From: Takakia lepidozioides
Lineage: Eukaryota; Plantae; Bryophyta
Length of the DNA: 64,000 nt
Direction of reading: 5' to 3'
NCBI GenBank assembly: GCA_030704615.1
Contig: CM060734.1
Span: 11,160,001 to 11,224,000 of the forward strand
Shown here one piece after another: positions 12,352 through 25,329 of this stretch. A program made the translations under genes and the position numbers. A model generated the notes under the pieces. That model was not told the DNA's origin. It worked only from the letters and a program-made list of their open reading frames with translations, and did not search any database. The number at the start of each line of letters is the position of its first letter. Position 1 is the first letter of the stretch.

Positions 12352-15300
12352 ATGTCTAGCTCAGGATCAAGAGCCACACTCCCAAGCTTGGATAGCATAT
12401 CCTTTGATACTAGGTTGCAAAGGAGACTGGCTCGAGAAGCCGTCAGAGATCAACTGCTAGGGAAACACCCAGCATTGAGTCCACAATCAGACTCAGAAAC
12501 TAGAAGTTTGGGTAAGATAGAGTGGGAAGGAGAGAACACCGACAGCTCTTCAGAGATCGAGTGTTCACGAGTGGTTTCCCCTGTATCTAGTCCCCCTTAT
12601 ACACCACCGGCCAGGTCAAAGAGCCCTTTGCCGTCGTTAATGTCAGTTATGGCACATGTTCCAGGACCTCCTGAGGTACCTATTGTGGTCCCAGCAGACC
12701 TGCCCCCGTTAACGTTACCCAGGCATTTGCCTTGGTTTTCCGGGGAAGCACATGAAAACCCAGAGTATCATGTGAAAAGCTTTATTCAGTGTTGCTATTC
12801 TAACCAAGCGTTAAACGTTGCCTATTGGTTGATATGGTTTCCCACGACCACGAGGGGTAGGGCGTCCACTTGGTATTGGCAACAGGCGCTAGGTACATTC
12901 GTAACTTGGCAGCAGATTCGGGACGCATTTTTAGATCATTTTTGAGCGGTCCACCAATTCACTAGTGTCTTGATGGCACTATCCGCCAAGGCCCCACAGA
13001 GGAGGTAGTGGACTTTGAAATGCGATCTCGGGAGTTGATGTGACTCCAAAACCCTTTAACCCCACTAGATGATGGGGTACTGAAGGATTGTTTTCTGAGT
13101 GGATTATGAGAGACCACTCACTTTCATGTTTTGCAGCAAAGACCTGCAACACTGGTAGATGCAATACAAGCCGGCAAGGAGTTTGACAACATGCATCGCC
13201 AGGTACAACGGTCCAAGATGCCCGACTTTGCACTTCCAACATACATTACAATCGAGCCCACGCAGGAGCCGACGCCATTAGCGGTGATCCAACCCGCTCT
13301 ACACTATACGCCATCATATGTAGGAGGAGCACGGCCATACGCCCCAGCGACGTCCCCTACACCAGCAGTAGCACCGACCGTGCCACAGTATACGAATGTT
13401 GCCCCTACTAACTCGTATGCAGATTCCACCGGGCAGTCTGATTCACGGGTGGGCCATTTGGAGGCGCAAGTCACCTCTCTCATCAAAACCATTGAAACAA
13501 TGGGCGATCGCATGAGCTCCATCGACGCCAGCAGATCACCAGCTACGTGGGGTATCGAGATGCTACTCCAGTAGGAGAATCCGGCCCCAACCCGACAAAG
13601 GTATGGTGCTCCAACTGCGTCAGTCCTGGGTGTGCTGCTCAACATTGTCCTTATCCCACCCGGGAGAGGCAGGTAAGCCGAAACCCGACTTATCAGGATA
13701 GATCAAAACAACAATTCAGTCAATCCAGGAAAGGTTGTCAAAAATGTGGCAGGACCACTCACCCAACAAAAGACTGTTGGAGTGATATAGTATGTTTGCA
13801 TTGCGGCCAAAGAGGCCATCCCTTGGAGAGATGTTCTCGGAGGCAGGTGGACCGACTGGCCCCTGCCACCATCCAGCAAGTAGAGAGGAATTTGGAAGGG
13901 CAACGAACCCCATTCCCGGATCAGTATGCGACTGAACCACCAACCCTCTACCGCAACAACATAGCATGTATTTTGCTACACCAACGCAAATAGCACAATG
14001 ACTAGGCCGGATCAAGCAGGTCCATCATACTCAGGGGGCAATGCCGCTCAGGGACAAGCTGCCCGGGTAGCTTATTCAAATCCTGCGGCTCAGATAGCCT
14101 AGGGTTCTTCTAACATGTGGTCTCCCCCTCAGGATGTAAGGGTGCAGGGAGGACATCAAGTGTCTACCTTGGCGCCGCCTCAGCAACAGCAGACCAACGT
14201 ACAACCCAATCATACAACGCGCCCTCAGGAGACACAGCACCAAGTAAATTGGATTGCGAGTGAGCCGGAGGCCACTCCAACAGCGACAACTAGCCCCGGA
14301 AAAGGTAGGTACGCAATCATGACCCGACAGCAACAAGATACGCTAGGGAAAGGCCATGGGTATGAGGCGTCGGAGTCAGCCACATCCACATCGGAACGGG
14401 AGGATTTGAACTTCACAGTAATGAAGTCAGATGCATAGAAGGTGGCGGAGACTGTGCTTCGGGAGGAGGAAGACATCCATCCCAAAGAAAAGGAGGTAGC
14501 ATTCGCAGAGGCGGAATCTCCAACAGTCCGACCAACAATTTCTCGACCCCCTGTATCAAGAGTGAAGAATCCGGTTAATCGGCCGGCGGCACCTGAAAAG
14601 CTTCCCCGGAGGAGGATGCATTCAATTATGCGGTTCACAGACGAGTTGGAACCGTACAATCTAATGGAGGATCTTCGCCATATTCAAGCAAACATTACGT
14701 TTGCACAGCTCATAGCCATGGCGCCCACAGTCCACCATGCTCTTAAGGCATCATTGGTGAGGAAGCGAGTAAGCATTTCTACTCAGGCCCACCATATCAA
14801 TGCTCACATCGACCCAGGACCAGTAGAGATAGAAGTGGAAATTGCTGACCGATTCATACGGCGTTGTTTAGTGGATGATGGGAGCTCAGTCAACATCATG
14901 TCATTCTCCACTCTATCCAAATTGGGTTTGAACATGACAGGGGAATCCCCTCTGACAATCAGGCTAGCTGACCAGCGGAAAGACCAGTGGGTCACATAGC
15001 AAATGTAAGGATGAAGACAGGAGGCTACACGTATGCAGTAGACTTCCAAATCATAGACTTCCCCATCGACGAATATTCGTATGCACTCCTATTAGGGAGG
15101 CCATGGTTGGTCCAGTCCAGGGCACAAACGGACTGGGGGGTAGGCACCATTACTTATGGGGTAAGACCTTACACTACTACTGTTGCATTTCTTTCTGGAG
15201 CACCTCATGAAGAAACAGATGAGGATGAGCTCAGCATGATTGGCTCTGAAGAGGAGTCTGCAGACTTGAGTGAGGAGGATTTGTGGTCAAAGGGAGAGCT

Positions 15301-16140
15301 CCTCCCCACCTCGCACGCCCACCAAGTTTTAGCAACAGCTACCGCGCCTCACAGGGAGGTTAAGCAAAGAAAGGTAGGACTAGAAGACGCAGTCAAGTCT
15401 CTAGGACCGGGGTTGTATGAATGCGAGTCTGATGCAGACTGCATTGCCTGGTTGTTTGGAGAAAACCAAGGTAGGGAAGTGATGGTACACTTTGTATCAA
15501 CCGAGGCACTTCCAGAGTCGAGTCATTGACCGAATTTTTTTCCATATCCGCCGAACGGGTTGGTCTGCAGGAACAAGAGATTCCTCAGGAGGAAAATGGC
15601 GAGGTTCTGGATATGAGAATTGTAGAGGAGGTCGACCTAGAAAGGGATGTCATGAGACATAGCGCCCCCTACATTTCTTATTTGCAACAGGGATCAAACG
15701 GATCTCGATTTGAGCTGAGGTCGTGTTTCACATCAGAACCAACGACGCAGTTGGTCGACATGGCAGTTGGAGGAGAGTCACCAAAGATGGTGAAGGTGGG
15801 AGCCCATTTGACAACAGAGCAGGCCTTGGAGTATCAGGCACAGTTCAAGGAATTTTGGGACATCTTTGCATGGTCCTACACCGAATTGAAGGGAGTGCCT
15901 TCTTACGTGGGAATGCATTCCATTCCCCTGATTCCGGGAGCCACCCCAAGATGACAACACGAGAGGAGGGTGAACCCCAACTTAGCACTGCTCATTAAAG
16001 CAGAGATTGAAAAGCTGCTAGCCGCAGAATTTATTTTCCCGGTGGAAACATCAGCATGGGTGTCTCCGATGGTGATCGTCCGAAAGAAGAATGGAGGCCT
16101 AAGGGTATGCGTGGACTTCCGCCCCCTTAACAAGGTAACA
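12352..16140 (+). pseudogene. Gypsy family A gag (3 zinc knuckles), aspartic protease and RT start, with stops and frameshifts
   Basis: LPWFSGEAHENPEYHV; CQKCGRTTHPTKDC and CLHCGQRGHPLERC; LVDDGSSVNIM...LLLGRPW; WVSPMVIVRKKNGGLRVCVDFRPLNKVT, then abrupt break. Confidence 0.92.
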
Positions 16141-19100
16141 CACCAAGTCCAAATCCGACGGGGAGGATCGGATGGACCAAGACGATACAATATGGGTAAT
16201 CGTTATCAGAGGCCACGAGATGACTATCCACCACGAGATAGAGAACATCAACCCAGAAACAAAGAAATCACGAGATGCCACTACTGCAAGAAAGAGGGAC
16301 ACTGGAAACATGAATGCCAGTTGTGAATCAAGCATGAGGCAGAAGTGGGAAATAAGTCGGACCGAGTGTAGCCGTGAGTGTGGTAACCCCTGTAGTGGAT
16401 ACCTTTGCGGTAACCCAAACTCGGGCCAAGAAACAGAAACCTCCAGATAAGGAGATTGAAGAAGAACGGAAACAATATGCAGAAAGTGCAACATGGCAGG
16501 AAGAAAAGAGCTTACACAGGGAGGTAAGTAAAGCCATAGCTCAAATGCAAGAGGGAACCCATATACCTTCTGGAGAGCCAACTCCAGACAATCAAATCAG
16601 ACCAACGATGAAGACCACGAATGCAACTACGGAAACAGAATTGGCGGAAGTAATTTGCCAGACCAAGACCCAGATTACCATTGGACAATTATTAAAAATT
16701 GCTCCATACTGCAAGAAAACTTTATTTCGGGCAATCGAGGCAATGACCCCCACACCAAAACAAAAACCAACACCAGAGGTTTATACGATTAAACCCACAA
16801 CTATACGACAAACTCCAGACTACGACGAAGCAATACCCGTAATATAAGTACGTATTGCGAGGAAGCTGGTAACAGATGTACTATCGATGGAGGATCCGGA
16901 GTGAATATCATGACAGAGAAGAGAAGAAAGTCTAGGATGGGACACATGGAACCGCGCCATTCACGGTGTGCGAAGGCCTGATCAACGAAAAAGTGCAACA
17001 ATGTGGGTAATCATCAGAGACTCGCCAATGGAAGTAGAAGGAAGAGTATACGAAAAAGTATCAGTACAATTCAAGAATGGAGGATTGTGGCAGAAGGATA
17101 TTTGCTACTACTTGCCAAACATGGTTAACACCAAAGCCCAATCACACCACAATGGGGAAGTCAGACTCTCACGATCAAAAAAGGGATCAGAACAAGTCAC
17201 CATCACTACAAAAGCAACGACGGGTACATTCCAACAGAAATGACCTTGCATAGTGGCAGAGTATGATTGGTCCAGTGGACTATCAAATGAAGAAGAAGAA
17301 GCCACAGTATATGCAGCACATCCACAATTGGAACCTATTGGGCAATTAGTGGTCAAGCATACCACATAGTGGGATGTCACATGGTGAACACCAAGGCGAA
17401 CAAAATACTTCGAGAACAGAAGATCCGGAGGAAAGAAGCTATGGACACACCTCAACAACCCTGCCCGTTTTCTATCAAGCAAGGGAAGAGGAACATTAAA
17501 ATCAGTGAAGTACCTGACATGATTGCAACCATCGACAAGAGATTGCAGGGATGGACAATAACGAAAGAAACTCATTGATTCAAGTGAATCTGGGAACAGT
17601 GGAAGAACCACAGATAATACGAGTAAGGTGCAGGTCTTGAAGAATCATTTCTACAAGAAGCTACTGCATTATTCACTGAATACAAGGATGTATTTGCCTG
17701 GAACTGCAAAGATTGAAGGGTATCCTTCTAACATCTGTCAGACGAATTGAATTGGAAGTTGACACAAAACAATTCGTCAAAACCGTTACAGGAATGAACC
17801 CCAACTATGCAGCTAAAGTTTGGGAAAGAAATCAAGGAAACTACTGGATGCAGGGTTCATATACCCAGTAGGAGTAGAGACACACACAATGGTTATCGAC
17901 CATTGTGATAGTACCCAAGAAAAATGGAAAACTACGAGTATGTGTGGACTACCGCATGTTAAACGCAGGACCAAGAAAGACCCCTTCCACTACCTTCACC
18001 GAATAGTGTTGGACACAGTGGCCGGACATGAGATGTACTCATTCATGGATGGGTTTAGTGGGTACAATCAGGTGCAGCTGGCATGAGAGAAAGAAGACCA
18101 AGAGAGAAAAGACGCATTCATCACGGAATGGGAGCCTTGCTTACAAAATCATGCCATTTGGACTTTGCAACCGCACCAACCACATTTCAGCGAGCAGTAA
18201 CTGAGATATTCAAGAATTATCTCAACGATTTTATTTTTTTAGGTAATTTTGGTTTTTGTGGATGATTTCCAGTGTTTGGACATAATCCAAACACTTACAT
18301 TTTTGTGAATTCAGGATTATTGTTGGGACACATTGTGTGCCAACAGGGAATTCTGATGGATCTAAAGAAAGTGGAGGTTATCTAGAAAATACCACCACCA
18401 GAAAATCCCAAGAAACTTAAAAGATTTCTGGGACAGACGAGCTATTACAGAAGGTACATGGACAAATATGCTCACAGAGCAGCACCAGTCTATAGACTAC
18501 TGAAGCAAGATGCCGAATACCGGTGGTCTCCAGCTTGCCAAGAATCATTCGATTCACTAAAAATGGCACTCACAGCAGCACCAATTCTGATAAATCCAAG
18601 ATGGGATTTACCATTTCATGTACACAATGATGCATCAAGCATTGCTTTGGGAGCAGTTTTAGCTCAGAATGTGACAGGCACAATAGATTCACCAATCTAC
18701 TATGCAAGCATATTGTTGACAGCAGCCGAGAAGAACTATAGCACCACATAAAGAGAAGCATTGGCAATGATTTATGTTGTTCAAAAGTTTCGGCATTAAT
18801 TACTTGGCAATCGCTTTAAGTTTATTGTTGATCATCAAGCTCTAGTTCATTTAGCAAATCGACCACTAGCTAGTGGCAAGGTTGCTCGATGGTTATTACT
18901 TCTTCATGAGTATGATTTTGAAGTTGTTCATAAACCAGGGAGATTACATGTTACAGCAGATCATCTGTCAAGGATTACTACAGGAGAACCAGCCACGGGG
19001 GTAGAGGATCAACTTCCCGACGCATTTCTGTTTGTTGTTTAACCAGAAGCACCAGATGAAGAGACAGATCCTATAGACGCTCTGGGAATGTTTCAAGGAG

Positions 19101-20997
19101 ACTATGACCTTCCAGATGCTCTTAAACTCATGGATGACACTGATGAAGAAGAGGACTCATCAGATGAAGATGAACGTCTTGATGAAGGACCTATTATTGA
19201 GGAAGAGCCAGATCCAGAAGAAGAAGATGACAATGAAAACGAAGAAACAAACAATCAAGAATTGGCCAATATCAGTATTGGAGCGTATACAGTTACCAAG
19301 GAAGAATCAGAAGACATTCAGAATCAAGATCAAGATGATTGGCAATGGCCAATCAAATACTATCTGAACACAGGGAAATTTCCTGAAGACTACACCAAAG
19401 ATGACAGGAGAAAGCTTTCAATGAAAAGCAAGCCATACACAGTAATCAAAGGGATTCTGTACAAAAAAGGAATTGACTCCATAATGAGAAGATGTGTAAA
19501 CAAAGAGCAAGCCAAAACAGTGATGCAAGAACTACACGAATGAATTGCAGAAGGACACTTCAGTTCAGACCTGACAGCAAAGAAGATATTATTAGCAAGT
19601 TACTGGTGGCCTACTGTATTTGGAGACACTTATGAACACTGTCAATGGTGTGATGTTTGCTAGAGGATGGGACCAATAGAACGAACTGGGAAGGGTACTA
19701 TGCACCCAAATTCTTATATGAAAACATCATCACACGATTTGGTTGCCCACTGGAATTCGTCAGTGATCAAGGATCACATTTTATAAATGATGCCATAAAA
19801 TGCTTGACGGAGGAGTTCATGATCGTACGTCACAAGAGTACTGCTTACTATCCCCAAGGAAATGGCCAGGCCGAATCTACCAACAAGATATTATGCACAA
19901 TCTTAACCAAGATAGTAAAGGCCAATCGTACAGATTGGGACACCAAATTGAACACAGCACTATGGGCATTCAGAACATCATACAAGGTGACCACGAAACA
20001 TACACCATTTCAACTGGTGTATGGAGCAGAGGCACTATTACCCATTGAATGTATGATACACACACTACGAATCGGAACTCATGAACGATGGGGTTTAGAA
20101 GAATCTCTACGAGTCAAGGAATATGAGTTATTCCACCTGGAAGAAGTTCGGGCAGACGCCGCAGATAACATGGCACGAATTCAAGAACAACGAAGAAAAA
20201 TAATATCCGAAGGGAAAGAGAAATCTTTCCAGGATGGGGACATTGTTTAGTGGTTACCAAAAATCAAGAAGATCAAATTGGGCGGAAAATTGAAAATGTC
20301 ATGGATGGGACCATTTCAAATCAAAAGGGTACATGACAATGGAACTGTTGATTTACAGACCTTGGAACAAGAATTTGTGGGACGAATTAATATTAACAAG
20401 TTAAAAGGCTACCAAGGAATACATGACAAAGCCCTTATACATGACTTATACGCCAACGAGGAAGATCAAACTGAAGATGAGGAGCGTGAAACCGCCAGTG
20501 CATACTACATTCATCACGACACGGTGAATCGGCATGTACTAAGACAGGTGGCAACACGAATTCAGGGCACCACGACGGCTAGACCACCATTCATCTGGAG
20601 GACAACATTACCACCCCGTATACCGTATGGTGAACCATGGCCAGCACAAATGCCCTACAGAACCGTGAACGAATACGAAGCAGCCAACGAGTCACTGCTT
20701 GTGTTGAACTCCGAGATGTACGCTTCAGATCACCCCACCGACCGTGGTAATCATACACCACTAGCCATCGATCATAACATGGAGGCAGAACGACGGTGCA
20801 ATCCAACAGATTGGCAAAAGACGGCGGATGATAAGGGCAAAGCCATTAAACAAAGCTGCAAGTACTGCGCACATGCCGCCTATCTAAAAACAGACCACGT
20901 ACCAAAGTGGATGAACACATCCAAGACGGATGAACATAAACTGACCGAAACCGGACAATCATCAACGACCATCAGTTCGATCCAAAACAAACCATGA
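16141..20997 (+). pseudogene. Gypsy family B (non-chromovirus) gag end, PR, RT, RNase H, integrase, degenerate
   Basis: CHYCKKEGHWKHEC; IDGGSGVNIM; MYSFMDGFSGYNQV; HNDASSIALGAVL; SDQGSHF...PQGNGQAESTNK; GPY/F-type WMGPFQI. Acidic linker at 19.1-19.3 kb; part of the integrase core is deleted near 19685. Confidence 0.92.
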
Positions 20998-21342
20998 AGA
21001 AAACAGCAACGGAAGAAAATTAGGCACAAAAGAGATGAAGTTTTCTCAAAACCGTTACCAGAAGCTAAATGCTTCTTGGTAAGCCTGGGCCCAACAATTA
21101 AAGCTAACCGCGCTTTAAACCTAGGCAACCAGCAGGACAGAAGTACCTCCATGAGAACCTCGAGAGAAGTTAGAGGAGAAGCCTACAGAGGAGAACCCCT
21201 ACTTAAACCCAGAAGCGAACTCCTCACCTTCTCTTCCGCAAATTGGAAATTGCTGTATACACAACTTCCAGTGTGCTTCATACTGCTCGTGATACAGGAA
21301 TTGGTGCTCCAATTCCTTACAACAACCGCAAGACTAAGAGAA

Positions 21343-23016
21343 ATGGCAAGCACCAAGCGGAAGGCACCAAGTTCTTATGTGCAAGTGAATTTCAAAATCA
21401 GTCCGGCTTTGCGGAAGATTGAGCAGGACACAGAGACACAAGAGACGTTGGACAGTCTTGGCCTGCGATACTTCATCACCACGTTGGACTGGAACCTTAA
21501 GCACGACGAGCTGTGCAAGGAGTTCTTGGAGAATTACAACACCAGCACTCGGAGCACAAATGTCCGCGACACCCACATTCTGCTGACGGAGAAGTATTTG
21601 GCGGAAGTGTTTCACCTTCCCAGTCTGGACGTATCGGCGTACAGCGGCAAACCTCCAAGGTTTGTACTTGCAGATTTGTTTGAGAATCTCAACCAAGCAG
21701 ATCAGGGCTACACATGCAGTCACAGCAAAAGCCCCGGCTTTAGGAAGATAGCCCCGGTACTTAGCACGTTGCTTTGCCTCAGGCAAAACCACAGCTACTG
21801 TACCAAGGAGCTAATCGATCAAGTGTTGGTTTGCCTCAATGGACAAATCGTGAATTGGGCAGGCTTCTTATTGAAGAAGTTAACCCAAGAATTGACCCGG
21901 TTGACAAAGAAGAAGAAGAAGAAGGAAGCGACTGTTACCATGGCTACTCCCTTGTTACTCCAAATGATTCAACACACTGTGCACCTAACACCCAAAGAGC
22001 AAGCGACGTTGGAAATTATGCAACGGGTAGATACGATGGAGGAAGAAGGGAGTGAGACGGCAACAGGTCAAGAAGAAGAAGAGGGCGGACTTGCAAAGAG
22101 AGCCCAGATCAACGAAGCAACCACAAGTGCAGCAGTAGAGGACATCATCAACTCGACGGCTGATTCCACAGTACAGAAAGAAGGGGAGAATCAACAGCCA
22201 GAAGGAGGGAACCAACCACAGACCAATGAAGCAACACCCATGGAAACTAGCCATGGTAATACCGAAGCCCAGCAAGCAGCACACACAGAGGCCACACAAC
22301 CAGGATCAGAGGAGGGAGACATAGTGGCGCAGCAACAGCAGATGGTGCAAGAGGCACCCAGTCAGCAGCAACAGCAGGTGGTGCAAGAGGCACAAAATCA
22401 GCAGCAGCAAGACAGTAATTCCAATTTGGAATTACTACTAACACAACAAGTTATGGATACAACAGCATGGGATACAAGGTTGGAAGAAACGCCACAGAAT
22501 GTAATTTTGCAGGCAATACAAGCATTGGGTCAAGTGACAGCTTGTATGGACAGGGCCAAGGATTACATCAGCCCGGAGAACCTAAGCATGATCTTAGACC
22601 ACATCAAAGAGAAACACCAGAGAGAATTGGCGACAGCAAGAACAGTCTATAACCACGAGGATACAATTGTAGCATTAGGAGATCAAAAGACGACCTTACT
22701 TCGCCAATACAACACTTTGACACAACGCAGAGATGAGTGGGAGCAGAAGTGGGAAAGACAGAGACACGAAACACGCCATGTCCAAGCCGACCTCGATGCA
22801 GAGCGAGAGCGATCTCGGAAAACAGAGACAGAGGTGGAAACACTCATAGGACAGGTACAGACGCTTAAGCAGCAGGTGGAGACACTCAAGGGGCAGCTGA
22901 GGACTGCTAGAGATCAGGGAACCAAGTGGCTCACAAGCAACACTACACTGCTGAGGGAAAGGGAAAATGCTGAGAGCAGTATCAGTGATCAGTGTGTATT
23001 CAGGGACTCAGAGTGA
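21343..23016 (+). CDS. Extra ORF downstream of pol (plant-transposon-protein-like N-terminus, Q-rich linker, coiled coil), 557 aa from first plausible ATG
   Basis: Uninterrupted frame. ELCKEFLENY...VRDTHILLTEKYLAEVFHLP and VNWAGFLL resemble extra ORFs of plant non-chromovirus gypsy elements. The 3' end probably runs into unrelated DNA near 22975. Confidence 0.65.
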   Translation: MASTKRKAPSSYVQVNFKISPALRKIEQDTETQETLDSLGLRYFITTLDWNLKHDELCKEFLENYNTSTRSTNVRDTHILLTEKYLAEVFHLPSLDVSAYSGKPPRFVLADLFENLNQADQGYTCSHSKSPGFRKIAPVLSTLLCLRQNHSYCTKELIDQVLVCLNGQIVNWAGFLLKKLTQELTRLTKKKKKKEATVTMATPLLLQMIQHTVHLTPKEQATLEIMQRVDTMEEEGSETATGQEEEEGGLAKRAQINEATTSAAVEDIINSTADSTVQKEGENQQPEGGNQPQTNEATPMETSHGNTEAQQAAHTEATQPGSEEGDIVAQQQQMVQEAPSQQQQQVVQEAQNQQQQDSNSNLELLLTQQVMDTTAWDTRLEETPQNVILQAIQALGQVTACMDRAKDYISPENLSMILDHIKEKHQRELATARTVYNHEDTIVALGDQKTTLLRQYNTLTQRRDEWEQKWERQRHETRHVQADLDAERERSRKTETEVETLIGQVQTLKQQVETLKGQLRTARDQGTKWLTSNTTLLRERENAESSISDQCVFRDSE

Positions 23017-23440
23017 TTCAATGTGTACTTCTGTGATGATATGACGAACTCTGAAGTAAAGCCATATTAATCGAAGTATCTCTGTGTAGAGTGAACGTGA
23101 GATGGAGAGAATGTGCAATATGAGAGAACGTGAGATGGTGAGAATGTGTATCATCTCAGGATAGTTCTTGTTTTGCCTTGACTAGCATTTGTTGTATGAA
23201 TGAACCGACTTCAGTCTCTAAGATCTTTCATGCCAAAGAGACTGTAAGTTGAGCTTAATCATTAAGCAGCCTGCAGGGAGATGAATTCATACGATGTTCA
23301 TGGTTTAGCTATCCTTAAAACGATTACTCCGTAATCGTTTATGAAAGCATACCGTCGGACAACCTCTGTTGCATGTTTTAGGAAATGGGCAGTAGTGTTG
23401 ATAGCCTGTTTTGTCTAAATCATAAACCAGCGGTTAACAG

Positions 23441-24869
23441 GCGGGTCTTTACCCGCAGGATAACCAAAAGCTGAGACGGACCGGCGGACGTCGACGTTAA
23501 CCGCAGCGGTCCATGGCTTGGACCGCTACGCGTGGATCTGCGCCCCGCCACGTGGCGGGGGCGTTTTACCCAGTGGGCAATGCGTCTGCAAATTCCCTTA
23601 AATGGGGGGTATTCTTACCTTAAGCTATTAGATTCAATTTATATCCCTCTAAGGGTTAGGAGCCATTATCTAAGGCGCCAGTGGTAGATAAAATCTAGGA
23701 TTTTGGGAGGACGTAGCCTTGGAGGGGAGCGTTCTTATGACTCCAAGAGAGAACCAAGCGGGTCTGTGAGCAGTGAGCTAGAGGCGGAGACCTCGAGAGA
23801 CAAGGGAGGAGAAAAAGTACTCTGTCCTAAAAACTCGGCTACAGTGCGCCTTTGTGTCAGAGCCCAAGGTAGAGGATGACTTTTTCCACGGAGGGAAAAC
23901 GCACCAGCGCCTTAAAATAATGTAAAGGGGTGAAATCTGGCTTGGACCCACCAGTGGTTATTTTATTATTTACGCATGCATGTTCTGGACTAACGAATGT
24001 AGTGGCAGGGATGAGCTCTCAGCGAGATTCATTCATCCGATAGGCCACGACAGTTCCCCGCGGTAGGGAACGGTTCCCGGATGTTCCTCGGTTCTCATTG
24101 GGTTCCCACAAGGTTCCCAATGGCATCTTTAGGCGCCAAGGATATCTTTGGATTCCCCACATGATTTCCCATAGGGGAGGTGTTTTTTTCTGATTGTCTT
24201 TATTTCTTTTATTTTCCAGCATTTCTGATTTGCGAAATTGCTTCAATAGGATAGATGCACGTGGTGCACGTTATAGCCTGAAGGGCGTTGATTAAACTAA
24301 TTGAACTTATTGAGTTGAGGGGCTTAGAACCACCTTATTGAACTTGGTGAACCTATTGGGTTATGATAGGTATTTTGGCCACTCCTTTGCTAAGACAAAG
24401 TATTTTAGGCACTGGGGTAGGAAGCATTGGCCCTTCGATCATAGATGACTTGAACTTAAGCACTCGGTGAAGGAGGGGCATTGGGAGAGGAAGATTTTTC
24501 CTCTTCTTCCTAGGCTCGGCAGGTGCCTTGTGAAGGATTAAAACATGTCCCGACTATAGGCGGCTCGGGGGCCTAGGCGGTAGGAATTAGACAATAAACA
24601 CAAAGACTTGGAAGGCAGTTACTAAGTAGATTGTAGGATACCGTAGGACTTAGAAACGCAAACTCGCCCTGTGAAGAGGAGTACGTGATTTCTCTTTGCC
24701 GGTAGGACTTAGATAGTGATCATAGCCACCATGTACGACCACGGACCCCCTGCACTAACCGCAGTCGGGTAGGCGGTTCAGTGAGCCCAACCTACACTGC
24801 AACTTACCACGACCCCCCTAGACTAATATGCCGTCACCCTGACCGCGCGCGCTCAGGGCTCGTGATATA
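23441..24869 (+). mobile_element. LTR of gypsy family A, copy 2 (5'-truncated)
   Basis: Collinear with 9334-10759; followed by the same PBS. Confidence 0.88.
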
Positions 24870-24871
24870 AA

Positions 24872-24889
24872 TGGTGCGTCTGCCGGGAG
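24872..24889 (+). promoter_or_regulatory. Primer-binding site complementary to tRNA-Gly(UCC)
   Basis: Identical TGGTGCGTCTGCCGGGAG after the LTR end. Confidence 0.8.
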
Positions 24890-25329
24890 GTGAGTAAATA
24901 GTCAGGGTGTCCCGATGTTTGAATGGATGAATGATCGTTATTTGTGCTCATCTTTGTTTTTGCTTATGTTTTCCACATGATATTGCTTCGTTTTTATTTC
25001 TAGTTGCCACACACTAGTGAGGATGGATACCCCAGTGTAATAGGCATTGTTTAAATTTCTTATGAGTACTAACGTTGTGGCTATAGTTGAGATCGACAGG
25101 GCATGCCTAAATACGCTACGACGATAAGGTATGAGAATCTCAAACATTATTTGTAGCTAGTCTTGAGCGTTATTTATTTTTTCCATTGTGGCAATACTTT
25201 AATCTGGTAAGCCAGATTTTTTTCGCATCATGGGTAATGGTGGGAAATATAGGAGATGGATTACCCAATATTGCATGTGGTTTATCTGCATTTGTATGCG
25301 CACTTTATGGAAGACTGTTAGGTCAACCT

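Noticed and set aside
9304-24869. One full-length LTR retrotransposon between the two LTRs
   Set aside because: The interior is a chimera of two families, the second LTR is 5'-truncated, has no PPT before it and has its own PBS; no TSD found.
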